From assembly GCF_006345805.1 (NCBI RefSeq), contig NC_043002.1:119474001-119538000 (forward strand): 64,000 bases of DNA. Direction: 5' to 3'. Position numbers and translations under genes: made by a program. Source of the stretch: Octopus sinensis. Lineage: Eukaryota. A model generated the notes under the pieces. The model did no database searches and had not been told where the DNA came from. It saw nothing but the letters and a program-made list of their open reading frames with translations. Shown piece by piece: positions 25,566-39,759 of the stretch (its first letter is position 1; every line of letters starts with the position of its first letter).

Positions 25566-26589
25566 AGAGAGAGATGAGTGTTTGCATTTGCAAACACCCA
25601 CACCTATATATACTTGCACCTGAAAGTATTTTTCTGGTCTTTAACCTTGTCTGCATTTTGCAACATCTACATAAAATAGGAAGTATGGAAAAGAAAGACA
25701 GTAAGCAAAAATCACAGCAGAGAAGAAGTGTAGTAAAAAGAGAGCAAAAGAGGGAAAAAGTAGAGTTTAGGTTAGACTTGGAAGAGGAATTAAGTATACG
25801 AGTGGTTAAAATGAATGTGACGTCTGTTTTACTGAAGTGGTAAAGAGAGGCATGTATGTGTGATAAATAGGTGTATATAAAAATGCAGACAAGTTAGATC
25901 GACTGATAGATACACAGATAAACAGATGCATAAATGTATATAAATGTAGCAGTAGGAGCTTCTGTGACAGGTAATATTTTGTTTGGTATCTTTACTTCTT
26001 TATTTATTTTATAAATATTTATTTTCCGGTCGATCGACTTTTCATAACAGCCATGGCTGCATGCCGTTTTTCACATGCAAGCAGTCATGTATTCCTTGAC
26101 AGTCAATGTTAAATTATAGGCTTTTAACCTCATACAAACATGAAAAAAAAATCAAATAGTAAAATAAAGAAAAAATAGAAAATCTTCCACAATGGAGGAT
26201 ATTAAATCTTTTAACTGGGAAGCAATATTATTTACAGCCAATATGGTGGCTTCTGGAGTTATAGCTCCATATTTCTCGGTGAATCTAAACCACAATAAAA
26301 TTTCGATTATCTCTTGTAGATATTTCATTTCTCCTTACGCTGTTAATAATTTTAATAAAGTGATTAACAGCATACCATTTCCTTTATCCGTCCTAAACCA
26401 ATCTTATCTCCTATATCTATTTGGCAAATCAATAGTAAAAATATATTAATATTTCTTTTTTCTACATAGCAGTACATTAAAGGAGTCACTGCCTTGACTT
26501 GCCTGGAGTCATTTTCAACTAGTTGTCAGTCTACTCTTAGATCAAGTCTTACAGAGTTCAACTTTGTACAAGTTCGCATGTGGAGGAAA

Positions 26590-27120
26590 GACGAAGACCT
26601 TTATACCTTGAGTAGTGTCAGCCACGAATCTCTTCTCAGCGAGACACTTTTCAAGACACGGTAAGGTCTCTGTCTGTTTGTATTACACAAACTTACATGC
26701 TATAATCAGGAAGATACTCGTAACAGTATGGCTCTACAGATTGGCAGAGAAATTCACAGCAGTTCTGTATGAAATTCGGATTTGGTATCTGTCTCCGAAA
26801 CATCCAGGACAAATATATGCAATGGAATATGATTTCATGATGTAATTCAACACAGTCAACCACGACGGGCTTATGGCAAGATTTGTAAGCCCTGAAAAAA
26901 TTCATTCGTAGGATGAGTCCCTAAACACTGGTGTGAGGGATCAAGTGATGCAGACAACCTCCACCTCTGCACAGTTTGTCCACAGATAGTAGGACTCAGC
27001 CAGGGCTATGTGGTAGCACCAATGTTATTCCCACTTTATTTGACAGCGATACTAAAAGATCCATTCTGCAGATCGCATGAAAGTGTATACATATACTCCA
27101 GATCCGGCTGTGCCACTTAC
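26590..27120 (+). mobile_element. Degraded RTE-clade LINE RT remnant
   Basis: FNTVNHDGL and QGYVVAPMLFPLYLTAILKDPFCRSHESVYIYSRSG resemble RTE/BovB RT domains 3-4. Many stops. Confidence 0.55.
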
Positions 27121-27465
27121 CTCGAGTTTTCATGCCAAATTATGTAGTTACATTGTATAAAGCATTCACCAGGCAAGGGTACAATCGCCAGCAAACAACA
27201 TTGCTCCCATTATCATATACATGCATACATACATACATACATACATACATACATACATACATACACGCTCACACACATACATATATATCTATGCTACGTA
27301 TGTATGCCTGTGTATAAACATGGTATGATGTTCTTATACATTTCACTGAGTTATTCCAGTCTTATATATATATATATATATAGTTTTAAAAAAGTTTTTA
27401 GCTGCTATTTTAATGAGTTTCAGTTGCGGCAAAGTAATTATTTTACTAAGCCCTTTTATATAATA

Positions 27466-27521
<56 letters not shown>

Positions 27522-27814
27522 ATATATATAGATATATATGATGTGTATATATATAAGATATATTTATATACATACATACATATATATATATATTATATAT
27601 ATAATATATATATATATCTATATATATAATATGCATATATATAATATATATATGCACAAATGTGTATGTATAAATATATATACATGTAAATAGATATATA
27701 TTATATATATACAAACATTTAAGTAAGATTTGTTTGTGACTTTCATACATGCTACCTGCATACATAGCTAACTAGAGTTCTATATTTAAGAGATGAGGAT
27801 TTATGTGCATTACT

Positions 27815-27961
27815 TACATTATTCACAATTGACGGATATTTGTCCTCATCTTGTTTCGTTGTTAACACAACGTTTCGGCTGATATACCCACCAGCCTTCA
27901 TCAGGAGTCTTGCAGAAATTTCAAACCTGGGTTCTCATTCCTAAGGTATTTTTCGATGTCG

Positions 27962-28040
<79 letters not shown>

Positions 28041-28189
28041 AGACGGTCGGCTGATAGAAACGTTAGCACGACGGGCAAAATGCTTATTTCCCCAAGACAC
28101 CTGATGAAGGCTGGAGGGTATATCAGCCGAAACGTTGTTTTAATAACAAACAAGACGAGGACAAATATCTGTCAATTGTAAATAATGTA
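27815..28189. mobile_element. Penelope-like element with ~95-bp inverted arms, each holding a minimal hammerhead; (TTA)n and a SINE C head in the middle
   Basis: 27815-27910 is a diverged reverse complement of 28094-28189. HHR motifs lie at 27864-27909(-) and 28096-28141(+). Confidence 0.75.
28096..28141 (+). ncRNA. Minimal Penelope-type hammerhead motif (mirror copy 27864-27909 on minus)
   Basis: GACAC-CTGATGA-A-GGCTG-[10]-CAGCC-GAAA-CG-TT|GTTTT. The mirror copy has GACTC...GTGTT, so consensus stem I is GACAC/GTGTT. Stem III is the palindrome ACGT. Confidence 0.6.
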
Positions 28190-28408
28190 GATAATATAGC
28201 TAACTAGGTACTTACCTAACCATACATATATGTTCGTAAAGACAAACTAAGGGGAAGTAGAAGTAATTTTGTATAAGTATACACGCGCAGACAAGTGGAC
28301 GAGTGAAGAATTAAATATATGAATTGGTGAGTGAAAATGACTGAAGCAGTTAGATAAATTATAGATAAATTGATAAATAGATAGATATGTAGAGACGTTG
28401 ATACACAT

Positions 28409-28441
<33 letters not shown>

Positions 28442-28471
28442 CACATATATACATACATATAATCATATAAT

Positions 28472-28506
<35 letters not shown>

Positions 28507-28615
28507 ATTATATATATATATACATATTATTCATATATAGTTAAATATCTATCTATATGTATATATATATCGTTATGTATATATCTATATATATATATAT
28601 ATATATATATCTATA

Positions 28616-28705
<90 letters not shown>

Positions 28706-28750
28706 TATGTATATAATGTATATATATATATATTATATATATATATATAT

Positions 28751-28800
<50 letters not shown>

Positions 28801-29840
28801 TGTGCGTGTATGTATCTGTGTGCTTGGTGAAAAGATATTTCCATTTATTTATATTGGAATGTTTGACAGCGATGTCGCTTGGAGTGGCTTCCCAAGGGGA
28901 AAACTCTTCCATCAACGATTCTAAGAAAAAAAAATAGTAAAATTCCTAACTTAAGTAACACAGTATATCGATGTCTCATTTGAAAGAAGGAATCACGTGA
29001 CAATGTAAGCAGAAAAGATTGGTTAATATTATGACACTAGTTTATGCATAAACGCGAAGGTGCGTACTTACATATTAATGCACCTCGTTTCAATCTCGCC
29101 GAATTCTAGATGTCAAAATAAAAAAATAAAATTCGCATATGAAATTCTCTATTCTATTTCTTATTTTTAACGGAAAGATGTTTGCATTTTATGTCAAAGA
29201 CCAGAGCTGAATGATATCTCGGAATGAAATGAAAAAAAGATGGAAGCTGATAAAAGCTTTGATAACTTTTTTGAATGAAGCTTTAATATGACGATGAAGG
29301 TATGCTACTTGCGTGTGGTTATTGTGTATCATATTTTATGTGTACATATATGTAAATGTGCATGTATACATGCATGTATGTGTGTATGCAGTCATATAAG
29401 CATCGCCATATGCATTGTACATATGTATGCATGTATGCATATGTTTATGTAAGCGTGTATGTAGGAGTATGCTTAAGTATTATTGTACATCTACGTGTTT
29501 ATGCGCATATGAATGGTATATGTACAAATGCATGTATATTTCTGCATATATATGTTAGTATGACCGTTTGAAGGTGTGTGTATTAATGCGTAGGTTGCAT
29601 GTTTAAGAAAATTCGAACAGAATGCAAGTCATTCAGTATATACAGTGACAAGACTTTGATTTGAATCAAGGATAGTTCCAATCATTTTAGTAAATGTGTG
29701 AGTGACTAAATATATGTGTGTATGTATGTATGTATGTATGTATGTATGTATGTATGTATGTATGTATGTATGTATGTATGTATGTATGCATGTATGTATG
29801 CATGTATGTATGTAAGTACTTACGTACGTACGTATGTATG

Positions 29841-29871
<31 letters not shown>

Positions 29872-30461
29872 GCATGCATGTATGTATGTATGTATGTATG
29901 AATGAATGAACGTGTGTGTGTGTATGTCGTCTTCTTTTTAACGTTTTGAAGTAATTCTATAAAAAAAGAATCTAGATAAAACAGCAGTAACGATTTACAT
30001 GTTTAATGTTAAAGAAGTCTTAGATACATTCACCGATCCAGTTAAGGATTGAATTCGCATAGTGCGTGTCAGTAGATGTCTTTCTTTGCTGAAAATCCAG
30101 CTTTTTTTGTCATTATTCCTTAGCCATTTAATAGCAAAACCAAGTGTACAAATGTTTATGAATAGAAATGTGAATATATAACCTGAGTAGAGACGCGGTG
30201 GACTTCGATGTAGTTATCCATAAATGTTAACAATAAGTTAAGCAGCTAGTACAAGTTTTGGATCTCTGTGTCAAGCCTGTTGAATTTAAATTTGGCAGAA
30301 ATTTGATCGGAATTCTCTCTGAATGGTTCTTGCGAGGGAATCTATAAATGCAGTGAGTATCAAATATATTTGTTCGAAGGCTGTCCTTCTAAAGGAAGTA
30401 TTATGAATTATTTTAGAAACGACATCATGAAGTACAGCAAAAGTAAAATTTGATATCCTTT

Positions 30462-30610
30462 GCGGAATTTCGTCCCTCTTTTCGTTCTGAGTTCAAATTC
30501 CGCTGAGGCCTACCTTACCTCTTACCTTTTCAGGGTTTTAGTACTGGAGTCGACGTAAGTGACTTACCCCTCCCCCTAAGTTACTGGCCGTGTGCCAAAA
30601 TTTGAAACCA
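30462..30610 (+). mobile_element. SINE family C fragment
   Basis: GTTCTGAGTTCAAATTCCGC...GTACTGGAGTCGACGTAAGTGAC...GTGCCAAAATTTGAAACC. Confidence 0.6.
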
Positions 30611-30936
30611 GTATTTGATATGTTCCACTTATTAGTAATATAATTTTCTCTCTCATCCTGGGAATTTTAGAGCTTATATTTTGTAACTATCTCCTGCTTT
30701 TAAATTTCAAAAGAACGACTTTCAAAATAAGGGCTATGAGTTCGACGAAGGTTACACGTTTCTCATCCATATTCGCATTACTCTCAAGTTTAGGGGAAAC
30801 ATAGCTATACATAGCATTTTGTTGACATTCAGAATATCTAGATCTTTGTTGAGACAGCTACAATGCAGCGACTCTATAACAGCTTGGAATATATCAAGAG
30901 CTGCATCTTTGGTATAACGTCTAGTTCTGATTCATA

Positions 30937-31327
30937 GTGGAAGCGCAATGGCCCAGTGGTTAGGGCAGCGGACACGCGGTCATAGGATCTCGGTTTTGAT
31001 TCCCAGACCGGGCGTTGTGAGTGTTTATTGAGCGAAAACACCTAAAAGCTCCACGAGACTCCGGCAGGGGATGGTGGTGATCCCTGCTGTACTCTTTCAC
31101 CACAACTTTCTCTCACTCTTACTTCCTGTTTCTGTTGTACCTGTATTTCAAGGGGCCGGCCTTGTTACTCTCTGTGTCACGCTGAATATCCCCGAGAACT
31201 ACGTTAAGGGTACACGTGTCTGTGGAGTGCTCAGCCACTTGCACGTTAATTTCACGAGCAGGCTGTTCCGTTGATTCGGATCAACCGGAACCCTCATCGT
31301 CGTAACCGACGGAGTGCTAAGGAAGGA
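30937..31327 (+). mobile_element. SINE family B1 with 14-bp TSD
   Basis: TSD AGTTCTGATTCATA at 30923-30936 and 31328-31341. Confidence 0.9.
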
Positions 31328-31654
31328 AGTTCTGATTCATACTATGTTTCCCTTTTTTGAGGCATTTGCTTGATTTATATTTTCTGCTACAATTTGTCAG
31401 ATGCTTTCTGAGTGATGCCACACGATGTCATAAATCTTTCTAGTCTCATCTTTTCTTCTGAGATAGAATTCGTTGGTGTCACTATGTCTATAGAAGCTTC
31501 CAGGTGCGTGTGTATTTTTTCCATCTTGTCCAATGTGTCCTCCCGTTTATATAATGTTTATATAATACATACATACATACATACATGTACAGACACACAA
31601 ATATACGTTTTAATCGTTCATTTCAGTTAACTCGTACAGTGATTCCGCCTGATA

Positions 31655-31692
<38 letters not shown>

Positions 31693-31776
31693 ATGGAGTG
31701 AGTGGTGGTGTGTTGAAGATCTGAACGACAGTTTATATAAACTTACCCACCCCTACCACTGCATCTTCATTTACTA

Positions 31777-32132
31777 CGTGTGGAAGCACTCCGTCGGAAC
31801 AGCCTGCTCGTGAAATTAACGTGTAAGTGGCTGAGCACTCCACAGACACGTGTACCCTTAACGTAGTTCTCGGGGATATTCAGTGTGACACAGAGAGTGA
31901 CAAGGCCGGCCCTTTGAAATACAGGTACAACAGAAACAGGAAGTAAGAGTGAGAGAAAGTTGTGGTGAAAGAGTACAGCAGGGATCACCACCATCCCCTG
32001 CCGGAGCCTCGTGGAGCTTTTTTAGGTGTTTTCGCTCAATAAACACTCACAACACCCGGTCTGGGAATCGAAACCGCGATCCTATGACCGCGAGTCCGCT
32101 GCCCTAACCACTGGGCCATTGCGCCTCCACAC
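31777..32132 (-). mobile_element. SINE family B1 with 12-bp TSD and small 3' internal deletion
   Basis: TSD CTTCATTTACTA at 31765-31776 and 32133-32144. Confidence 0.9.
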
Positions 32133-32649
32133 CTTCATTTACTAAACCCTCTCCTTTTCCTTGCTTCCATTCGGGGTTTTATCAGCTTTACACATGAATC
32201 TGTGTGTGTGCGTGTGATGGACGTGTGTGTATATGCATTGATGTGTGTGTGTGTGTGTGTATACGTATACATGTGTCTGTGTATTTACGTACTTATATGT
32301 ATGCAGCGTCCAAAATAGAAGACCCGATGACCCGGAAGTTGTTGCTCTTCCACTACTTTCGCAAACAGCACTAACGTTCTTCAGTTCAATTCACGTCATT
32401 AATTGGTTAAAATAACCCAAATACGACAACTTTAACATGAAATAACTTCTAAAATACAAAATTTTGTCAAAAACGTCAAACGTAAACCGTGTTCTACGTG
32501 ATATATTCAACCGCTACCCGAAGTTTCAAACTGTTTAGTTAAAAAAATTAATTAAAAAATTCGTGACTGAGATTGAATAGATCCGATGTGGATGATATCT
32601 TCGGTGTTAATTCTACAAAGTCTGCATCGTTTGTCACATTTTACTGCTT

Positions 32650-33290
32650 TTCCTGCATCCCTGTCCCTTTTGCGCATCAGGTATTTGGTTGATATTTCCT
32701 TTCCTGGATTGCAAAAGCATACCCTTCCATCTGGTTGTTAGTCCATAATAGACTGCTTTGATGATCAATGTTACTATCATCTATGCGCTTTCTACTATCA
32801 AATCCATGCATGGTCTTCTGCTCATACATGCTCTTCCTTTTATTGTGAGACTTCTTTGGGCATGTATTTAAGGTTAGCAGACAAGGAATGCTGCTCAAGG
32901 AGCTGCCTTCTAAGTCTTATGATGTTGTCAGCCTCAAGTATGCAAATTTGGAGATGCACTTCGACACTTGGTGGTTAAAAGATGTTGCCGAAAGGATATG
33001 ATACGACATTCAAAGGCAGTTCGGATCGACGTTAAGCTTCTGCTGCCTTGTTTTCGTTTTAGGCAGAGGCAGTCTCCGTCACAGTTGATGTGGAAATTAT
33101 GTACTGGTTAGTATCTTCCAAGGTTTCACATAGTGGCTCGGATCTTATCAAGCGTCCATTCAAGCAGCCCAAATGTTGGTATGAGTAATGGTACTGCAAG
33201 CACATTGTCGGCAACTGTTTTATTGAATACAGAGAGTTCTGAGGTCTAAATTTTCTTTATTCATCTGTAATATTCCTTAGTGAGACGTGT
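32650..33290 (-). mobile_element. Degraded R4/Dong-like LINE fragment
   Basis: KEYYR*IKKI*TSELS..., EQKTMHG...NIDHQSSLLW...EGYAFAIQE. Confidence 0.6.
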
Positions 33291-33359
33291 CTTGTTACAG
33301 GTGCCAATTGTAAGATATGTTTGTATGTACATACATACTTGTCGTCAATGAGAGCACTG

Positions 33360-33715
33360 GTCAAGTGGGCAGGACACCCTGTTCGAATGCCTGACACACG
33401 ACCGCTCGAATGGATGTTTTACAGTGAATTGGCAGATGGTAACCACACAGAAAGTGGGCAGAAAAAGCTCTTCCAAGATACGCTCAAACCTAACTGAAGT
33501 GTTTTTCAGATCAACTCTGACACTTGGGAAATGTAGGCACAGCACCGCACACCCTGCCTAGCGTAGCTGTACCAACAGAGGTGACACCTACTACGAACAG
33601 AATAGGATTGCAGCAGCACAAAGAAAACGTGATCTGCGCATGTCTAGAGCAAGCAGCTCTTTGCCTTCATTTCCAGCAGACCACCAGTGACTGACCTGCA
33701 ACAGAACCTTTTCAA
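33360..33715 (+). mobile_element. RTE/BovB-like LINE 3' coding remnant
   Basis: KWAGHPVRMPDTRPLEWMFYSELADG...GQKKLFQDTLK...YEQNRIAAAQRKR...TCNRTF. Confidence 0.75.
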
Positions 33716-34764
33716 CGTACTACAGATGGTTCAATGAGTCTGTGTACCCACTGTCTTTCATGGTTTCTGGGCCATATTACTTCTACTTATAACTCTTGAT
33801 GACTTTTAGTGAGAGATCCTTTTTCATGTCTAAACAGGGCTTTGACACAAAACTGCGAGTTCGTTAACCTTAGTAGTAATTTGTACAAATATCATTAGAA
33901 CTATTTAAAGTTAGATGGAGTGGATCAGTGGAAGTTAAGGGGCTTGGATGATAACTCAAGTAGCACTGTGGACTGTGATCCCTACAATCGAACTATCAGC
34001 TGTTGGTCCTATACTGTATCTACCTAAAGTAGCCTCTGGATACGCTAAAAGCTATGTCATAGAAGAGTTCGTGTGACTTTGGTTTCTGTAAATTGAGAGA
34101 ATCGAAAACAATATATACCTAGAAATGAAGTTATTCTACAGCGGATAATTTTCTGGACAGATTTAAACCATTTGCAGCAAACCCTCATATTCTAAACACT
34201 GCTACAGCTGCTTACGCTTACGAATTATACTTGTTACAACTAAGGGGGATTAACTGTAGGAAATTAAGTATCTTGGTTATGGATAAACAAAATGACCTGC
34301 GGCGCAATGCGAACGTCGACCGATCGGATGTTTTTCTACGATATTCTGCATCATCAACTTCTCATCAAACTGGAGCGTCACATCGCCATTCTTCCGATAT
34401 CTAATATATCACTTATGTTATTTAGAAAGTAGAAAACTCAGGTGAATTCAACTGAAAGCGCAGTAAGACAGAAAGCATCGTTCAGTTGCATTCTTCAAAT
34501 CAAAATCAATAAGCCTCACTCAGTATTTTTCACTTTATCTCTTGTATTTTCTTTACTAATGTTTCGCTATAATCAAAATTTTAATCTGAACGCTAAACCG
34601 CCATCTTCACTACAGTCACCATCATTAACATTGTTACATATCCTAGCAACTAACGACCTCTCTAACTTCGCTAACCTATCTTCCACAACCACGGCAGTGT
34701 TACTCGTTCTGTGCACCACCTGTATTGCTACCACAATTCATACCACAACAAGAACTATCGCAAT

Positions 34765-34808
<44 letters not shown>

Positions 34809-34932
34809 ACACACACATATACACACATACTCAGACACCGTTGCTATTATTTTCACTATCAACATCACACCACCACAACCACCACCATCATCACCGCCCT
34901 AACAAACTGAAACAATTACAACAACAACAACA

Positions 34933-34994
<62 letters not shown>

Positions 34995-35279
34995 AGTCAT
35001 CAATGCCAATATTATAGTCACTGTCATACGGAATCTAGTGTAATACTACCTCCACCACTGATATCGTGACGTGCATCATCATCGTCATCACCGTCATCAT
35101 TGCCGTCGCCAGTAACACCTCTACCGTCGATAGACGTAACTTGATCAGCGTCGCTAGAGACAGTTCAATCAGCGTCTACTCCACTATCGACACCACGAGG
35201 AATTTCACCATCATCTGCCCCAAAACCACTGCCACCCAACTTCCAAAATCCCTCACTCCAACTTTAAATCCAGTCTCTC

Positions 35280-35310
<31 letters not shown>

Positions 35311-35379
35311 ATCTATATATCTATCTATCTATTTATCTATGTGTGTCTGTCTATCTGTCTAGCTATCGATATTTATCCA

Positions 35380-35401
35380 ACGGTATACAAAACACTATGC
35401 T

Positions 35402-35445
<44 letters not shown>

Positions 35446-35598
35446 TATATACATGCATATATATATATGCATGTATATATATATATATATATGCATATAT
35501 ATATGCATATATATATATACATAAATATGTATGCATGTATATATATATATCTATATTTACACACATATATATATGCATGTATATATGTATATATATAG

Positions 35599-35629
<31 letters not shown>

Positions 35630-35703
35630 CATATATGCATGTATATATGTATCTACATGCATATATATGCATGCATATATATATATGTATATATATACTT
35701 TTA

Positions 35704-35746
<43 letters not shown>

Positions 35747-35790
35747 GTATACATGCTGATTTATATGTATGTATATGTATACATCCATGT

Positions 35791-35852
<62 letters not shown>

Positions 35853-35900
35853 GTTTGTTTTTATATATATATAAAATATATATGTATATATATTCCCTTA
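35380..35900. repeat. Compound (TA)n/(TATG)n microsatellite
   Basis: Read directly. Confidence 0.9.
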
Positions 35901-37155
35901 GTTTTTATGGAAAAAATTATAAATTGAAATTAGTTGAACAAGCTGAAAAATTTGCTGAACGCTAATTTAAAGATACCGAGACTAGATTTGTTGTTTTTTT
36001 TTCTTTTCACTTGAAAGTAATTTATAAAGAAAATTCAAGAAATTTTTACACATATTGGTGGAATTCTTTATTAAGAGCACAGAAAAACAAACAACAAAAA
36101 ACCCGAAACATTTACTGCTGACGTCATTTCTAATAAATTCTATTCATTCAGTTCAATAAGTAAAGCGATTTGTCAAGCAATGCGCCGACAGAGAAATATT
36201 ATATTCTTCAATAGATAACTCTTCATCTCTTCTCGTTTCTCTTCGTGTTGTTTTGTTGTAGACTATTTGTGTGTTTAGCAGCTAACGTGATTATGGGCGT
36301 GTAAAATACACACACGCACGTAACTGTATATATGTGTGTGAGTGTGTAATGGTGTAGCGTGTTCACCTAGGAACACATAGGATCCTCCACAGAGCACATT
36401 TAATTTGTCAAACAAAGTATTATTCACTTGAATTAATTAAAAATTAAAGCCCCGCCGTCTACCGTATAATCAAATATGAAAGAGAAATGAAACAGAAAAA
36501 TGGACTTCAGATACTCTATACAAAGATACGTATTTACCTCATTGGATATCTTACACGAGAGACGTGTGTATACAAAGATGCATGCTTTTTATATGCGAGC
36601 ATGTGTGTATGTGTGTGAATGTATGCCCGTATGTATGTATGCATGTATGTATGTATGTATGTATGTATGTATGTATGTATGTATGTAGGTATGTATGTAT
36701 GTATGTGTGTATATATGTATGTATGTATGTATGTATGCATGTATGTACATGTATATATATATATATATACACACGATTTTGAGTTGCTAGGTAAAGAAAA
36801 AAACCCATATTTAAAAAAAAATATATGAGGCTGGATGATCTCATGGATAAGCCTGTGAGCTATACAGGCGGCAAGCTTAGTTTTTCTTGGGGCTGGCCAC
36901 ATTGGTGTAATCTCGAGTATAACCAGCCGAAATTGCAAACATAATCTGGAACTCGACTGAGGAAAGAAAACTCCGAATGACCCGTTCTTGTTTACTTTGT
37001 ATCGTCTATATGTATGTTTTGTTGTCCCTTTCTTGTATCACCTAACTGTATGGATGTCTTGCGTTCTTGTCCCATTTTGTATTTATATATATATATATAT
37101 TTTGATTTTGATTTTTCCAGTTTCAGCTCATGAGCTGTGGCCATGCTGGGGCACC

Positions 37156-37262
37156 GCATATATATATATATATGAGAGACCAAAGTGTACGTACGCTGGT
37201 ATATATATGCATATATATACCAGCGTACGTCACTTTGGTCTCTCATATATATATATATATGC
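37156..37262. repeat. ~107-bp near-perfect palindrome inside (TA)n
   Basis: GAGAGACCAAAGTGTACGTACGCTGGTATATATATG|CATATATATACCAGCGTACGT-CACTTTGGTCTCTC. Centre at 37209/37210, one 1-bp indel. Confidence 0.9.
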
Positions 37263-37284
37263 ATATATGTATAGCTATATATAC

Positions 37285-37334
<50 letters not shown>

Positions 37335-37504
37335 GCGAATAAAAACCAAAGAATTTAATGAATGGAACCAATTTGAATATAACTGGACCTGACGATCAAC
37401 TAAATGTTTTTTGTATGTGTTACGAGCAATGTAAAACATAAAGTTTAGGTTTGAAACATGTAACATTAATATATCTTTTCTATTTAGCTTTGATTTTTAT
37501 TCGC
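37335..37504. mobile_element. Possible MITE
   Basis: 17-bp terminal inverted repeats GCGAATAAAAACCAAAG / CTTTGATTTTTATTCGC (1 mismatch). No second copy in the window. Confidence 0.35.
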
Positions 37505-38574
37505 AATATTTAGCAACTTTCGTTAGCAATACGTGATTTGTACAGTAACTGTCAACTTATTGGAATTTCGATCGATCTCAATATGAGATCGGGTACTTGG
37601 ATCTTTCCGGATCACAATGCTCTACAACTATACATACACACGCAGATACATACAAACAGGTCTTTGAGTTACTACAGTTCATAAGTTAATCTGTATGTAT
37701 ATAAAAATTGACACATAAATACGGACAGAGGTTACATTGCTATATATTCGTAAATTATTTATACATTTCAAACTGACTTCAAGCTAGAACACAAATGGCT
37801 CGTTCTTGATGTCCTGCAGTAATAAGCTGTATAAGTGATAACAAAATAGATACAATCACAATTTGAAAAGTACTGTCGTTTGGTCTTTTAAGAATTTGTC
37901 AATATCTTTGTTTTGCATATGCTGAAGGAAAAAAATTAAAAGATTACAAGAGACAGCATCATCATAGGAATATCTTTCCATATTACCAGGTGTTCATCCA
38001 GACATCTAGTCGTATCATTCATTAATATTTCCATTCCTGCTTTGAATTCAATTCCAACTCGACACTTTTGTTGCAATTAGGAATTGACAAACGACAAATT
38101 TATCAATTATTAACAACAAAAATAAAAATACGTAATCAAAAGGTTTCTGTTGATATTGACGATGTATATTTTTCGACAGAACTTTGGGAATTTAACAAGT
38201 ATTGGACTGTATTTGTTCTGTTTCTTTTCATTTATCTAGAAGCTACGTATCCGGTATTTTGACTTTCCGTACAAGCGTTTAAGTTTTGTATTGTAAAACT
38301 TTACAAAGCTATGATAAATGTTTACCCAGTCTTATTGTTTCATTGAGCCAATGTTTAGTTCCAGCTTTTTGTCTCTTAAATACACATCATTCAACTCCTC
38401 TGTTAAATATGGCAGATAATATTAATATTTGATGTAATTAGATTGATTAAATATTTAGTCTGAAAACAGAAGACAATTCTTGTAAGAGTTGTAAGAGAAC
38501 CCTTCACACCAGAGTGTCATAATTCTATTTTTAAACATATTAACATAATATGCACAATTATTTCTAAAATAACA

Positions 38575-38951
38575 TTTGGAAGCACTCCGTCGGTTACGAC
38601 GATGAGGGTTCCGGTTGATCCGATCAACGGAACAGCCTGCTCGTGAAATTAACGTGTAAGTGGCTGAGCACTCCACAGACACGTGTACCCTTAACGTAGT
38701 TCTCGGGAAGATTCAGCGTGACACAGAGAGTGACAAGGCCGGCCCTTTGAAATACAGGTACAACAGAAACAGGAAGTAAGAGTGAGAGAAAGTTGTGGTG
38801 AAAGAGTACAGCAGGGATCACCACCATCCCTGCCGGAGCCTCGTGGAGCTTTAGGTGTTTTCGCTCGATAAACACTCACAACGCCCGGTCTGGGAATCGA
38901 AATCGCGATCCTACGACCGCTGCCCTAACCACTGGGCCATTGCGCCTCCAC
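38575..38951 (-). mobile_element. SINE family B1 with 12-bp TSD
   Basis: TSD TCTAAAATAACA at 38563-38574 and 38952-38963. Confidence 0.9.
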
Positions 38952-39548
38952 TCTAAAATAACAAATAACTTAACAAAGCAGAGGAATTTTTTACATGAAT
39001 GGCATTTTACTTAATTTTCAGTTGTATTAGATAGACAAGGTTAGAGTTAAGGTTTCGCACTCTACAGAGGATACTAATTGTTTCAAAAGCAACTTCCCTA
39101 CAGACGAAACATTCTACTTAGCTTGGTAGATGCAAATAATTTCTTGTATAAAGACAAAATATAAACTTCCGTCTCAGAATCCTGTACTTTTTATCCCACA
39201 TCTTATCCAGTCAGCAACTTTATTTCTATACGTCGGTCAAAAACCGAAATATTTTTCGTGCTGGATTAATCAATCATGCATCCGGGCAAATATTATCGAT
39301 TGCCTGTCATATCAAGTGGAATATGGCTATCAAACTATCTGCACGACTTTACAGGATTTTCTTTACTAATGGAGAAACGTACGGGTTTTGACATCTGGGT
39401 CTAGCAATATAGTTTGCATGACATGTGGACATTTGCTCTACTACAGATTTACAATTCATACAAACTATAACTTAAGAAGCTACCAAGCACGATAGTCACT
39501 AAATCACTATCTAGCTAAATCTCTCGTATAATATCATATGACCAAGAT

Positions 39549-39586
<38 letters not shown>

Positions 39587-39627
39587 ATACTATTATTATT
39601 ACTACTACTACTAGTTGTTGTTATTAT

Positions 39628-39745
39628 TAAGGCGGCGAGCTTCCAGAATACTTTGCGGCATTTTTCTGTCTTTACTTTCTCTGTTCAAATTCTGTCGAGA
39701 TCGACTTTGCCTTTTATCATTTCGGCGGCGTTGATAAAATGAGTA
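39628..39745 (+). mobile_element. SINE family C fragment after (ACT)n/(ATT)n
   Basis: AAGGCGGCGAGCTTCCAGAA...TTCAAATTCTGTCGAGATCGACTTTGCC...ATAAAATGAGTATCAG. Confidence 0.6.
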
Positions 39746-39759
39746 TCAGTTGAATCACT

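Larger units (their letters stand above)
27470..28800. repeat. (TA)n-rich and (GA)n microsatellite block flanking the 27815-28189 element
   Basis: Read directly. It is the source of the YI/IY ORFs. Confidence 0.9.

Noticed and set aside
32332-32410. Promoter-like cluster (CCGGAAGT, TCACGTCA, ATTGG)
   Set aside because: Short motifs expected by chance in 64 kb, with no adjacent exon or CpG island to support them.
36815-36995. ATATGA-GGCTGG...CCAGCC-GAAA and CTGAGGA...CCGAA motifs
   Set aside because: Both have incomplete cores and no convincing stem I or III. They may be a decayed Penelope end but cannot be supported by eye.
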